DNA of 64,000 bases, from NCBI RefSeq assembly GCF_006345805.1, contig NC_042998.1:151094001-151158000 (forward strand), read 5' to 3'. The position numbers and the translations under genes are program-made. Positions within the stretch are counted from its first letter, which is position 1. Every line of letters starts with the position of its first letter. The notes under the pieces were generated by a model, which saw only the letters and a program-made list of their open reading frames with translations, ran no database searches and had not been told where the DNA came from. This document shows, in pieces, positions 1-14,459 of this stretch. The stretch is from Octopus sinensis. Taxonomy: Eukaryota.

Positions 1-148
1 TTACCATCAATGTATTCCATCTATTACTGGAAGCAGACTGCCAGAAAAAATTAAGTTCAGTTCTGCATCACCAAACACTCAAGTTGGTTTCACCGTGGGC
101 TCCTGCAGTACTTCACACTATATACACCCACTCATGTACGCACATTTG

Positions 149-210
<62 letters not shown>

Positions 211-936
211 GCATACATATATATACTTGCGTATACAAATGAGCACAAATATATCCACACATTACACATACACACATGCGTGTGTGTGTGTATAAAGCGG
301 AAGAGAGAGAAAGAGAGAAGGTGTAAGAAAGAGTGGGGGAGAGACGGAAATGATGGCTCTTGTGATTGCATAGACGAATTTAGATACACACATAAACATA
401 AAAGCGCGCTCACACACACGCGCATACATCATCGCTGACGCATATAACAGGCATACACACATACATACACACACAAACACACGCGCACACACAAACACAC
501 GCACACACACACACACATACTCACACACACACACACATACACACACACACACATATACATGCATGTCTCTGTGTGTATATGCAAACAAATAGAAACTTAT
601 GACTACATATATATTTTTTTATCTTCAATCTATCTATCGTTCTGCTTATCTGTGGAGACATATTTTGTGTATATTGGAAATTTATGTTTGTCTGCTGTCT
701 GTCTGTCTGACAGTTGTCTGTCTGTCGAATCATTGTCAGTCTGTATGTATGGTTGTATGCATATCTTTATGTATGTATGTATGTTGGTATGTATGCATAT
801 ATTACACGTATGGGCATTGTGTTAGACATTTCAAAATATGAACTGTTTGATTGAAAAAAACATTGTAGTATGTAAGGGTTATTTTACATAACTACCAGAA
901 TGCATTCAAATTTCAACGTTTGGTTTTACTTTTTCA

Positions 937-992
<56 letters not shown>

Positions 993-1174
993 CTGCAATG
1001 TAGCCTGTCTTACTTTTTTTAAAACAATTTAACACACCAAGAATACAAGAATGGAATGCTTAACTAACCTTGGGTCGAAAAATTCTGGTCAGGGTATTTG
1101 CATTAAAGCACACCACGCAATACAGAGTTTTATATATATATTATATATATATTATATATATATATATATATATA

Positions 1175-1205
<31 letters not shown>

Positions 1206-1225
1206 GAAACTGAAATGCGTTTTTA

Positions 1226-2737
<1,512 letters not shown>

Positions 2738-3544
2738 GTGTGCATTATGTGGTCGGTTGAGCTGAAAATATGCACACCTATGTTAAAAGTGCTGGCAAGT
2801 TTGCATGACAACTATTTTTTTTCCTCAAATGAAAGGCGTGACCTCTAGGACAAAATTCCTCATCTTATAAAATGTGGCCCCTGTAGACCCGAATGAAATC
2901 GGGTTATATTTACCAAAATGTGAAAAGGGGTCTAAATGGGGCTGGAAGGGGATTAAAATTTAAAGGAGCGGGTGTTTAGGAATTCTCTGTTACATCAAGC
3001 TAAAAATTTGCGCCAGCCTTTTCATCGTCAATGTGTTGCCGTCCATGATGAAGAAGTTTTGAATGCTTGCCATGGTGAGTCTACTGTCGTGAGAAAGAAT
3101 CACTTAAAAACTTGATGTTTAGGGATTTTCTTTTACATCAAGTTCAAAATTTTACGCCAGCCATTAAACTGTCAAAACGTTGCTGTCCGTCGTTAAGAAA
3201 TGCCAGCCATGGTAACTCTACTATCCTCAGATTCTATCCCTTCAAACTTTGGTTTCCAATATTTTATTATTTTTATTCGGCTCGCAAGTTCGTCTGTCCC
3301 TTTTAAATGTTAGTGTTTTGCTGTCTGCCTTGAAGCAGACCTTTCCGTTGTTACTGCCTGATATTTATGATTGAACTTTCTAAATATTTTATCTCTCAAC
3401 TTACTCAAGATCTTTTGTTGTTTATAAATGGGAGAGAGATAGATAAAGATAGAGAGTAAGAGAAAGCGAGGGAGAGTCCGAGAGAAAGGAAGAGTAAGAG
3501 AGTGGGGAAAGTGAGAGAGAAAGGAGAGAGAAACAAAGAGGGAG

Positions 3545-3546
<2 letters not shown>

Positions 3547-3587
<41 letters not shown>

Positions 3588-3883
3588 GTCGTTTAACGTC
3601 CGTTTTCCGTGCTAGCACGGCTTGGACAGTTTGACCGGGGTCTGGGAAGCCAGGAGGCTGCACCAGGCTCCAGTCTGATCTGGCAGTGTTTCTACAGGTG
3701 GATGCCCTTCCTAACGCCAACCACTCTGTGAGCGTAGTGGGTGCTTTTTTCGCGCCGCCAGCACAGGTGCCAGGGGGACTGGCAGCGGCCACGATCGGTT
3801 GGTGCTTTTTACGTGCCACCGGCACAGAAGCCGGTCAAGGCGGCGTTGCCATCGGCCACGTTCGGATGGTGCTTTTTACGTGC
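3547..3883 (-). mobile_element. SINE-like retroposon with (GAT)n tail
   Basis: Minus-strand 3' end ...ggaaaacggacgttaaacgac(gat)n. Three internal repeats of ggtgctttttWcgYgc at ~3739, 3801 and 3868. Confidence 0.6.
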
Positions 3884-4013
3884 TGAAAGGAAGCAACAGA
3901 AAGTAACAACCACACTCTTACCCGCGCGTAGAGCGGGTCACCTTCAGCTAGTACATATATATATATATATATATATATATTGATCAAAATAAAAACATGA
4001 TGCCAAGGATTCA

Positions 4014-4091
4014 GCGGTACATATGTTTCGGGCCTTTATTAGACAAATTTATAACAATGCATAATGTATGTCTGTGGCCTTCTTCAGCCGC
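4014..4091 (-). ncRNA. Type I hammerhead ribozyme motif
   Basis: Minus strand: GCGG-CUGAAGA-AGGCC...GGCCC-GAAAC-AUAU-GUA-CCGC. Helix I GCGG/CCGC; helix III palindrome ACAUAUGU. Confidence 0.8.
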
Positions 4092-4737
4092 GCACGACAA
4101 CTTCCACAAGGACATGTGTTACATCAAAAATTCTTGGTTGGGGATGCAAATCCTCTCATTCGCGTACGACATAATGCGGCAGCAGCATAGAATTGAAGCG
4201 TCCATCTCGTTCTTCTCTCAATGTAGAATGAGGGAATTTAGATGTTGAAGTAATGTAAATAAATTAACAAATAAATACATTCCTATTTTTATTTTTTTGC
4301 TTTTATTTTTATTTTTATTTCTATTTCTATTTTTACTTTATAACTTGATACCTTTATATTCATTTATATTTTTTTATATTCTTTATACCCCCTTATAACT
4401 CCTTATATATCTTTATATCTTTATACTCTACACTTTTACATTTTTCTATACTTACACTTTTTATATATTTTTTTATCCTTCGTCCTGAATTCTCGCCCCT
4501 CCATCTTTACCCCTATTTACTCTTATCACCAGGTCCCTTCACGTCTATATATGTATTTATTTGTTAATTTATTTACATTACTTCAACATCTAAATTCCCT
4601 CATTCTACATTGAGAGAAGAACGAGATGGACGCTTCAATTCTATGCTGCTGCCGCATTATGTCGTACGCGAATGAGAGGATTTGCATCCCCAACCAAGAA
4701 TTTTTGATGTACACATGTCCTGTGGAAGTTGTCGTGC

Positions 4738-4816
4738 GCGGCTGAAGAAGGCCACAGACATACCATTATGCATTGTTATAAATCTGTCTAATAAATACCC
4801 GAAACATATGTACCGC
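4738..4816 (+). ncRNA. Type I hammerhead ribozyme motif (second copy)
   Basis: GCGG 4738-41, CTGAAGA 4742-48, GAAAC 4801-05, ATAT, GTA 4810-12, CCGC 4813-16. Helix II is weakened relative to the left copy. Confidence 0.75.
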
Positions 4817-4918
4817 TGAATCCTTGGCATCATGTTTTTATTTTGATCAATTTACTCCTCCACCTACACCACCAAACGGTATATACAGGTGCTTACAATT
4901 ATCAAGTACTCACCCCGA

Positions 4919-4974
<56 letters not shown>

Positions 4975-5049
4975 TTGATCTGATTAGTTAGAAAGAGCAA
5001 ATTAGTAGACGCACATGTGTCTATCGAGTTGCGCTTCATAATAACAGGA

Positions 5050-5124
5050 ATCTTACTGAAGAGCCTACCTGAGTAAATAAATATTATTTTTATTGCTGAA
5101 AAAGGTGAAACTGCAGTCTAAGAT
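5050..5124 (+). ncRNA. Type I hammerhead ribozyme motif, apparently intact
   Basis: ATCTTA 5050-55 / TAAGAT 5119-24 (helix I); CTGAAGA 5056-62; GCCT/AGGT (helix II); GAAAC 5107-11; TGCA; GTC 5116-18. Confidence 0.85.
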
Positions 5125-5290
5125 GAACAGAGTTAGTAAAAGTTTTTTATTTTCACTTCACTAAATTTATCAAGCTTCTGTGTTTCTAGTACATACTTCG
5201 CCTTTAATGTACTTATATATGAATAATATATGGCCTGTGCTAGAAACACCAGCGATAATAATTAATTTTATTTTATCGCATTTTGAATTT

Positions 5291-5347
<57 letters not shown>

Positions 5348-5856
5348 CATACATTCATACATACACACACATATATATACATATATACACGCATGTATAC
5401 ACATGTATCAATAAATAGAGATGATTATTTATGCATGTGTATTATATAAGATATATATATTATACTGCTACTAACCTACTCGCTCCACTCCTTCACACAT
5501 ACGTCACTCACATGAACACACACATGCACACAGACAATATCACAGACGTACACAATGAGCGTTTTTACACTTTCCATGTCTTTAAAAATCAATTCCTCTA
5601 TCTTTCTCCACTTCCGATCAGTTATTTTTCAGCCATGTAACAACACATGTTTTTGTAAGACTATCCCCCCCCCCGCTCTCTCTGGACCTTTTCTTCTTTT
5701 CTCTTTCTAACGAAGAATGATGCTCGAAACATTACACCCCGTCTTTTTACCATCTTAAACTTTCTCTGAGCGTCAACCATAATACATCCACTGCGTATAT
5801 CCTTTTGACTTTTCTTGTTTTTCATGCTTTTGTTTTAATTTTGATTTGACATATAC

Positions 5857-5917
<61 letters not shown>

Positions 5918-6009
5918 CGAGAGAGAGAGAGACAGAATAGAGATAAACAGAGATAGAGATATACACATATAAAATATATATGCAGATGTATACATATATT
6001 TGTAGAGGA

Positions 6010-6365
6010 AGCTTGCTTACCATCTACATGGTTCAAGGTTCAGTGCCTCTCTCTGGCACTTTGGGCAAGTGTCTCCTACTGTAGCCTCGGCCCGACCAAA
6101 GCCTTGTGAGTGGATTTGGTAGACGGAAACTGAAAAAAGCCCGTTTTATGTGTATATCTATGTGTATGTCTTTGTGCCTGTGTTTGTTCCCCATCACCGC
6201 TTGACAACCGGTGTGGGTGTGTTTACGTCTCCGGCAAAAGAGGCCGATAGTACTAGGCTTAAAAAATAAGTCCTGGAGTCAATTTGTTCGACTAAAAAAC
6301 TTCAAGGCAGTGCTCCAGCATGGCTGCAGTCAAACGACTGAAATAAGTAAAAGAATAAAAGAATA
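6010..6365 (+). mobile_element. tRNA-derived SINE family A
   Basis: Shares ggcaagtgtc...gaccaaagccttgtgagtggatttggtagacggaaactgaaa and the tail ccagcatggc..cagtcaaa.gactgaaa with other copies in the window. Confidence 0.85.
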
Positions 6366-6510
6366 CGTTTATGAATTTGGGCTTGCAAGATTCCTGATAT
6401 AAAACCGTTGAAACAGCTATTACAGTTCTATATTTAAGAGATGAGGAATTATGCACAGTATTTACATTATTTACATTTGACAGATATTTGTCCTCATCTT
6501 GTTTGTTGTT

Positions 6511-6556
6511 AACACAATGTTTCGGCTGATATATCCTCCAGCCTTCATCAGGTGTC
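6511..6556 (-). ncRNA. Minimal type I hammerhead motif with a helix III mismatch
   Basis: Minus: GACAC-CUGAUGA-A-GGCUG(10 nt loop)CAGCC-GAAAC-AUU-GUGUU. Expected GAAAC-GUU. Confidence 0.75.
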
Positions 6557-6617
6557 TTGGGGAAATTTCGAACCTGGATTCTCACTCCTAAGATATTTTT
6601 CGATGTTGTTGTTGCTG

Positions 6618-6647
<30 letters not shown>

Positions 6648-6649
<2 letters not shown>

Positions 6650-6760
6650 CTATGTTTGACTTTTGCTTTATGTCTGTACAAGTTGGCTCCAAGTCTCACC
6701 CAGAGACCTTAAGAGACAACAGGCTGGAAGTTCACGTTGTTGTTATGCCTAGTGTGCCAT
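6648..6760 (-). mobile_element. 3' UTR fragment of an R4/Dong-like LINE with (TAA)n tail
   Basis: Minus strand ...aaggtctctgggtgagacttggagccaac...aaacatag(aat)n resembles the 3' UTR and tail of the element ending at ~56940. Confidence 0.4.
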
Positions 6761-6840
6761 ATATTTGGGGGTTTTTTTGTGTTGTACTAGTGAATGTCTA
6801 ATACATAAATTAAAAAAAAAAAACTATTATTATTATCATC

Positions 6841-6921
6841 ATTCAGGTGACTGCCTGGAACCGAACTCGGAGTCTTGGGGCTAGTAGCCCACTCTCTTAA
6901 CTACTACGCCATATGCCCGTG
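6841..6921 (-). mobile_element. tRNA-derived SINE head
   Basis: A-box TGGCGTAGTAG and B-box GAGTTCGGTTCC on the minus strand. Confidence 0.65.
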
Positions 6922-7145
6922 GTCCACTACCACCACTAACAACAATAATAGCAATTACTATAACATGACCACCATCACCATCGCCGCCGCCACCACCTAT
7001 CGTTATTGCTCCAACCACTATTACTAAACCAGCATCAGCATCACCACCACCACCACCACCACCACCACCACCACCACTACCATCACATTCATCATCATCA
7101 TCATCTACTTTCACGACTGCGTCCCCACCTCCCATGATTTCCATA

Positions 7146-7556
7146 TACTTTTCTACTCTAGGCACAAGGACCGAATTTTTGAGGGGGTGAGTGGGCCAGT
7201 CAATTAGATCGATTCCAGTACGCAACTGGTACTTAATTTATCGACCCCGAAAGGATGAAAGGCAAAGTTGAACTCAGAACGTAAAGATAGACGAAATACC
7301 GCTAAGCATATCGCCCGGCGTGCTAAAGTTTCTTATTTCTTTATTGCCCCCATGGGGCTAAACATGGAGGGGACAAACAATGACAGACAAAGGGATTAAG
7401 TCGATTACATCGACCCCAGTGTGTAGCTGGTACTTAATTTATCGACCCTGAAAGGATGAAAGGCAAAGTTTACCTCGGCGGAATTTGAACTCAGAACGTA
7501 AAGACAGACAAAATACCGCTAAGCATTTCGCCCGGCGTGCTAACGTTTTTGCCAGC
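7146..7556 (-). mobile_element. Two adjacent SINE family B copies with different tails
   Basis: Shared core ggtacttaatttatcgaccc.gaaaggatgaaaggcaaagt...gaactcagaacgtaaaga. Copies at 7146-7326 and 7333-7556. Confidence 0.85.
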
Positions 7557-8630
7557 ATTTCGCTTTCCATCACTTCCATATTAATATATCGGCATCTAAA
7601 GCAGGAGTTCTCATCCATTTTTACCTATGGACTCCTTCGATTTCTATTTTCTTCTGGTGGGTCCCCAGAGTCATCCAATGTTTAAACTCTAATTATAGAA
7701 ACTACTTTCTAAATTCCTATTTTGCTTTCCACACATAAACTTGTATAGGTTGAACTATGTAAAATATTAGAGAAACCTGTGTCTTGCAATACATACCAAT
7801 AGATATATCTAAAGCCAAATTTTGTCAGGAGCCCTTAAAATACCATTGTGGATCCCTAATTTACTATTTTGTTGCGTGAACCCCCCAAAATCTTACATGA
7901 GCTCTCAGAAGCCATATGAACCCAAGTTGAAAATCACTGATCTAAAGTAACCCACCAATCTACACACCTAATAGGGTCGCTAGAAATAGTAACCAAATTT
8001 TTCGCAAATCACACGTTATCTTCTAGAAGAAAACAAAATGACCACATCAGCTAATGTAATATTTGATACACTTTGAGGAAATAGTGACAAAATGGTCATG
8101 GCTGGTACGTCATTGATCCTAGACATGTCTGGTCCTATGTATGTTGAATAAAACAAATAAAATCAAGTCTATCGTTTCTATCCTGTTTTGTACCAGTCTG
8201 ATAAAAGTCTTACAGTGGCGGTATTGTTTAATTGATAGAAAGGTGTGCTGAAGAAATATGAAGTGTAGAGTATTGAGGTGTGTAACAGATCTGTTACTTT
8301 CCTATACCAACAACCGTTTATCATCCGTTCCCGCTCACATAACACTCCTTTCCAACAACGTCTGCATATTAACCGTTCAGCTCTTTTCATAATGGCCGTC
8401 ATTAAAATAATTACCTGATCTCAAACTAGAAAAACTTGCTTTAATTTTTACGTTTCCCACCATCTGTTTTCTCTCTCCTTCCCTCCCCGCTCTCTCTAGT
8501 ATTTATGTTCATATTGATATTCATACATAAGAATATGAATTTACATTTTGCTATACACACACTGACATACATGCATCTATCTATCCATTTATCCATCTGT
8601 CTATCTATCATTATATATATATATATAATA

Positions 8631-8683
<53 letters not shown>

Positions 8684-8766
8684 ATATATATATATTCTTT
8701 TATTCTTTTACTCGACTCAGTCTTGCCGCGACAGTCATATGCTATATATATATATATATATATATA

Positions 8767-9626
8767 CCCGAAGGCTGATCAATAAGTATCCGGACTGTTA
8801 CCATAGTAACGAAGCTAGAGCAGATTGAGTAAAACCGCTTGGCACAGATTTTTCTTGAACTCTACTGTGCATACCCACTAAATTTTAACATTCTAGCTCA
8901 CTTCCGCTGTTTACAGCAGCGCTTCGAAGTAACATGCGTAGTGTGATCGTCGCATCGATCATGACAGTGAAAGTCGAGCAGAGAATCTGCATCAAATTTT
9001 GTCAAAAGCCAGGTGTTACCTGCTCAGGGGCCTACGCAAATTTTTCAAACGGATTTTCATCGTTCTCAACACAATTAAGGAGATTTTGTGCAACTGAAAC
9101 CCGAGTGTCTTTTTGGTCAGCTGAAAGCAGTTTTGGCACAAACATGGCAGACACACGGCTCATACCCAAATCTTCAGTGATAATGGAATGAACTGGACTA
9201 TAACTAATCTGCATATCCTCTGACAACTCACGGATGGTGATTCGATGATTTCACCTCACAGCTGCTCGCACATCTGCGATGTTTTTCTCAGTTCTGCTGG
9301 TTCCGGGTTTCACAAAACGCTCGTCAATATCACATTTTTCGGCCATATTGGAAACGTCTGAACCACTCGTACACTTGTATGTGACTCATATACTCCTCTC
9401 CATACACTTTCTGCAAATTTGCGTAAGTCTCTGAGCAGGTATCCCCATGACAATTTTCTTTGTCGTGATCAACGCGATGATCATATGCTACACACCTTCC
9501 TTCCAAGTAGTGGTGTAAACAGTGGAAGTGAGCTAGAACGTTAAAATTTAGTGCGCATGGTCTTTACTCTGCGTGCTTTAGCATCGTTACTATGGCAACA
9601 GTCCTAATACTTATAGACTAGCTCTC

Positions 9627-9627
<1 letters not shown>
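8767..9627. mobile_element. Mariner derivative made of two inverted 5' halves
   Basis: Plus-strand ORF MTVKVEQRICIKFCQK.. and minus-strand ..SIITEDLGMSRVSAMFVPKLL (a WVPKLL-like motif). Both ends share TIR and subterminal sequence and are flanked by TA. Confidence 0.8.
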
Positions 9628-9673
<46 letters not shown>

Positions 9674-10820
9674 TACTAGCAGAAAGACCACTCTCCAGGC
9701 GATCTTCTGCTAGCCCCTTGATAATATTTTCACAACTGGTTCCCATTTCTAATAATTTTAATATTTTACGTCTAATTATTTCTTTGTATAGTAATGCTCA
9801 CTTGCTTAGTAAATATTGCTTTCATTATGTTATCTCAGTCATAATCTCTCTTTTTTAAACACACATCATGGTAGTCCAACAACAGAAGGAGAAGCAGTTT
9901 GTCAAGTTTTACCTTCCCCTCAAAGCAACATAGAGATTTCAATTCAACAGCCTATCTGTAAGCTTTTCAGTGTTTGTAAGAGTGAGAGAGAGAACATTGC
10001 AAACAATGAATGAAATAAACATGAAATGAAAAAATCGTATAAATGGAAGGGCATTACTACAGATGCATACGCCCTGGATTTGTGGCTTCATAAATCCAGA
10101 AAAATGGATACGTTTTAACAAACTTTTCTACAAATGCAGCGTAGATACTGTGGCTTCAGAGTATATAGGGATTTATGGAAAATAATTTTTACGAGGAATG
10201 GGGGAGAGAGGAGTTTCAGAAAATGTACACCGTCTGACATTTTTTCCTCATAACTTTCGGGAGGATGGGTATCTTTTAATGAAAATTTATACAAATCCCT
10301 TTAAAACGGCATAGATTACGATTATAGAGAAATTTGTATGACAAAAGTTTTCAAAACTCTTTTTTTTTACACCCACTTCCTCATCATCCTACTCCGGACC
10401 TATTTTGGCCATTTTTTTTTTTTTTGCACTTCAAAACCATGGGAAGAGCATTTTCAGTAAAAAAAATGTTTTAATTGTTAATATTTTCAGAGGGAAAAGG
10501 AATTTAAGTGTGAGTTGGCTGTTGCTTCTAGCGCATCCAAAGACAACCCTCCTCGTTTCTTTATCACTCTCGCATGTATTGATGTTTTTCATTAATTTTT
10601 CCCCATAAATGCATTTATGTGCTATAAAAACGAAAATTTGGTGTAAAGGTTGATCAACAATAGAACTAAAGCATTTTGCATTTTATGCTTAGTAATCGGA
10701 GTAACCTTCATAATTTTATTGAATTAAGTGCATATTTTGCAATAGAAGCAAGATGCTATCATCGATCTATTTAATTCAAGGTAGGCACTGCCTACTGTGC
10801 CTACCTACGTGGCACGTCCT

Positions 10821-10867
<47 letters not shown>

Positions 10868-10932
10868 ATACATGTATATGTGTGCGTGTGTGTGTATACT
10901 TTATTAATAAAGCTGCAAAATATAAAGATTGG

Positions 10933-11023
10933 TACTCAGAATTTCACGTTCCCGTTCGTCGGACAGTTTTGTTTGACTATAAACCAAAGCTGTCCGATGA
11001 ACGTGAACGTGCAACTCTGAGTA
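10933..11023. repeat. Imperfect 42 bp-arm hairpin
   Basis: Arms 10933-10974 and 10981-11023, loop GACTAT. Confidence 0.8.
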
Positions 11024-11124
11024 ACCGCTTTTTCGATGCCTTTGTGTCTTTGCAGCATTATTAGTAAAGTACATACACACACACACACGCATATATGTAT
11101 ATATATACTCACATATATATATAC

Positions 11125-11161
<37 letters not shown>

Positions 11162-11332
11162 GATTTGGAGATGGTGTACAGGTATTATATATTAGAAGAA
11201 ATGAGGTACTCAGAAAATCGGATGGTTTATATTTACAGGTATTTATTTGTATATTAAATTTTTTATATATATCATATAACTTAGATCATGTATTAGCGCT
11301 TTCTCCCATTCTAGTGAAGTTTTCAAATCAAA

Positions 11333-11371
<39 letters not shown>

Positions 11372-11428
11372 TATATATACACATATACATATATATACAC
11401 ATATACACAAGGTATATATCTATCTGTA

Positions 11429-11466
<38 letters not shown>

Positions 11467-12204
11467 GTTTAAATATTTGTTGGCTAAACTGGCAATATGA
11501 CCATTCCGAAATATAACAATATATATATATATATATATACATGCAGCCCTACTTATTTACCTGTGTATATACCTATCAATATCTTTCTCTCCCTCTCTTT
11601 CTCCCCCTCTCTATCTATTTATCTATTTACCTCTGTATATTTACATTCATACATACATGCATGCATACATACATACATACATATATACATACCTACCTAC
11701 ATACCTACCTACATACATACATACATACATACATACACACATGCTTACATGCGATATGCTTATCTGTCTGCATATATGTATGTACGTATGTAAATATATA
11801 GACACGCAGAATTATGTCATTATCAAGAAGTGTGTGAATGAGAAAGAGAGAGAAAGAGAACAGTTTGTGTTGGTGTTGGTGGTGGCCCTAGCGGTGATGG
11901 TGTTTAATGTGGTGGTGGCGGTGGTGGTGGTAGGAACTTTTGTGATAGTTTTGGTCGGGATGTGTAGTTTGGAGGAAGGAAGGTTGCGCGTGTGTTTACA
12001 GAAAGACAATGAGATCGATTATAGAATCAATAACAGGCGGTGTGTCATATACATGTGTGTGTGTATGAGCACGTCTGTGTGTGTGTGTGCGTGTATGTGT
12101 ATAAGTCATTGTGTCTACGTTCCTGTGTATGTAATCGTGCGATTATGTAATTCTGCTATAACGTCTGCTCAGAAGCTTCACACATATACGCACATATGTA
12201 TATA

Positions 12205-12266
<62 letters not shown>

Positions 12267-12584
12267 TGTGTGTGTGTGTGTGTGTATGTGTGTGTATGCA
12301 TGTATACATAAATGTTGCACAATGCATATATATATATACATATATAAGCTACGTATATATATACATATATATATTATATATATGCATATATGTATATATA
12401 TGCATGCAGATGTACATATACGCGTATATGCACATACATATTGTGCATGCATTTTTGTACACATGCGCACAAGTATATATATGCATATAGATAGTATATA
12501 TGTGTGTATGTGTATATATATATATATTATATATATATATATACATATATATATACATATACATACATATATATATATAGTATA

Positions 12585-12626
<42 letters not shown>

Positions 12627-13085
12627 TATATATATATACGCATATATATATACACATATAACTATATATATGTCCTCCCACATAACCAATTGTTGTTTTT
12701 TTAATGCTGTGAAAAAATTGAAGTAATCGAAACGTTTTATGCGTTACCAATCGATATATCAATATAACGATATATCGAGAAATTGATTTATTGATATATT
12801 GATTCTATCGAACTTGTGTATCGATCAGACGACATCAGGCATTTCCACTTGTTCGATCTAGTTGACCTGAAACTTAAATTACACACAGGCGCACAGACAC
12901 ATATGCATACACACACGCACGTACATACACATAAATATGTGTATATACAGGCATATACATGTGTATATACGCCCATAGATATATTATATGTCTATATATA
13001 TACATGTATATATATATATATATAATATATATATATATATATTCATATACATATATATATATACATCATAAATACATATATATAT

Positions 13086-13120
<35 letters not shown>

Positions 13121-13339
13121 AATATAAAATGTATATATATGCATGTATATGTCATGTTTTCCGTTTGTTTGTTTTTTATTTAATCCTGAAAAAATATACA
13201 CACTAAAACAATTAGAATATGATTTGGAAAGATAAACTTTAATAATTACATATACTGACATACGCGTTTACAGACATACACAAAATTATATACATATATA
13301 TATATACATATATAATATCTGTACACATACATACATACA

Positions 13340-13371
<32 letters not shown>

Positions 13372-13613
13372 ACTATATCTATATCTATATCTATATCTAT
13401 ATCTATCTATCTATCTATCTCTCTCTCTCTATATATATATATATATTTACATATACATATATATACATATATATACATACATATATATATATATATATGT
13501 ATGTATATATATATATATATAAACGCACACACATGTATATATACAGGTATATATCTGTGTATGTGTATATGTATACGTAAATATGTGTGCCTGTGAGTAT
13601 ATATATGTCTATA

Positions 13614-13671
<58 letters not shown>

Positions 13672-13722
13672 CATATATTATTTATATATATATATACATT
13701 ATATATTATATATATATACACA

Positions 13723-13783
<61 letters not shown>

Positions 13784-13804
13784 TATATAGATATGTACAT
13801 ATAT

Positions 13805-13839
<35 letters not shown>

Positions 13840-13904
13840 AAGAAAGAAAGAAGGAAGAAACAGGGAGAGATGAGAATGTATGTAGATACATAGGTGCTTA
13901 TAGA

Positions 13905-14060
13905 GGCAGGCGTGGGTATTTGGTGAAGAAGTTTGCTTCCTAACCACATGGTTCGGTGTTCAGTCCCACTGTGTGCCACCTTGGATAAGTGTCGTGTACT
14001 ATAGCTCCATGCTGACCAGAGTGAGTGGATTCGGTAGACTGAAATAGAAAGAAGCCCGTC
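13905..14060 (+). mobile_element. SINE family A, 5' part
   Basis: Similar to the 6010 and 20216 copies. Confidence 0.75.
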
Positions 14061-14061
14061 A

Positions 14062-14105
<44 letters not shown>

Positions 14106-14401
14106 TATATATAATCAACACACAAAAATGGAACAAGAATGTAACAGGCGACAACAAAACATTCGGACAGTAGGTGATACAAAAATGGACAGGGAAAAAC
14201 AAGGAAGGGACATTCAAACCTGCAGATCTTTTTCTGCAGTACTATCTTGTGACGCACATGGTAAACTTGGAGGGAAATACGAATTCACTCGTCTATATAA
14301 ATGTGAATATGCTGATTAGCTTTTATATGTTCTGATGGCGCTTGGTCAGAAATACTAGGGGTAAGTTTTCCTAGCATTTTCAGATTTATAATTCTCGAAA
14401 T

Positions 14402-14459
14402 ATTATGTTGATAACGGAAATGAATTTTTATAATTCTTATCCAGAAACGCGTCCATAAT
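14402..14459 (+). ncRNA. Type I hammerhead motif with U3-A8 core variant
   Basis: ATTATG/CATAAT helix I; TTGATAA 14408-14; 12-position helix II with 9 pairs; GAAAC 14444-48; GC; GTC 14451-53. Confidence 0.7.

Larger units (their letters stand above)
3979..4851. repeat. Long inverted repeat (about 300 bp arms, about 270 bp T-rich spacer) of a hammerhead-bearing PLE-type element
   Basis: Arms 3979-4280 and 4551-4851 are reverse complements with roughly 6 differences. The left arm abuts (AT)n. Confidence 0.9.

Noticed and set aside
8240-8260. Isolated CTGAAGA hits (also 16006, 17572, 53070, 55850, 60155)
   Set aside because: No properly placed GAAAC-GUH with matching helix I.
9839-9957. Possible exon bounded by CAG and GTAAG
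   Set aside because: No recognisable protein similarity and no supporting neighbouring exons.
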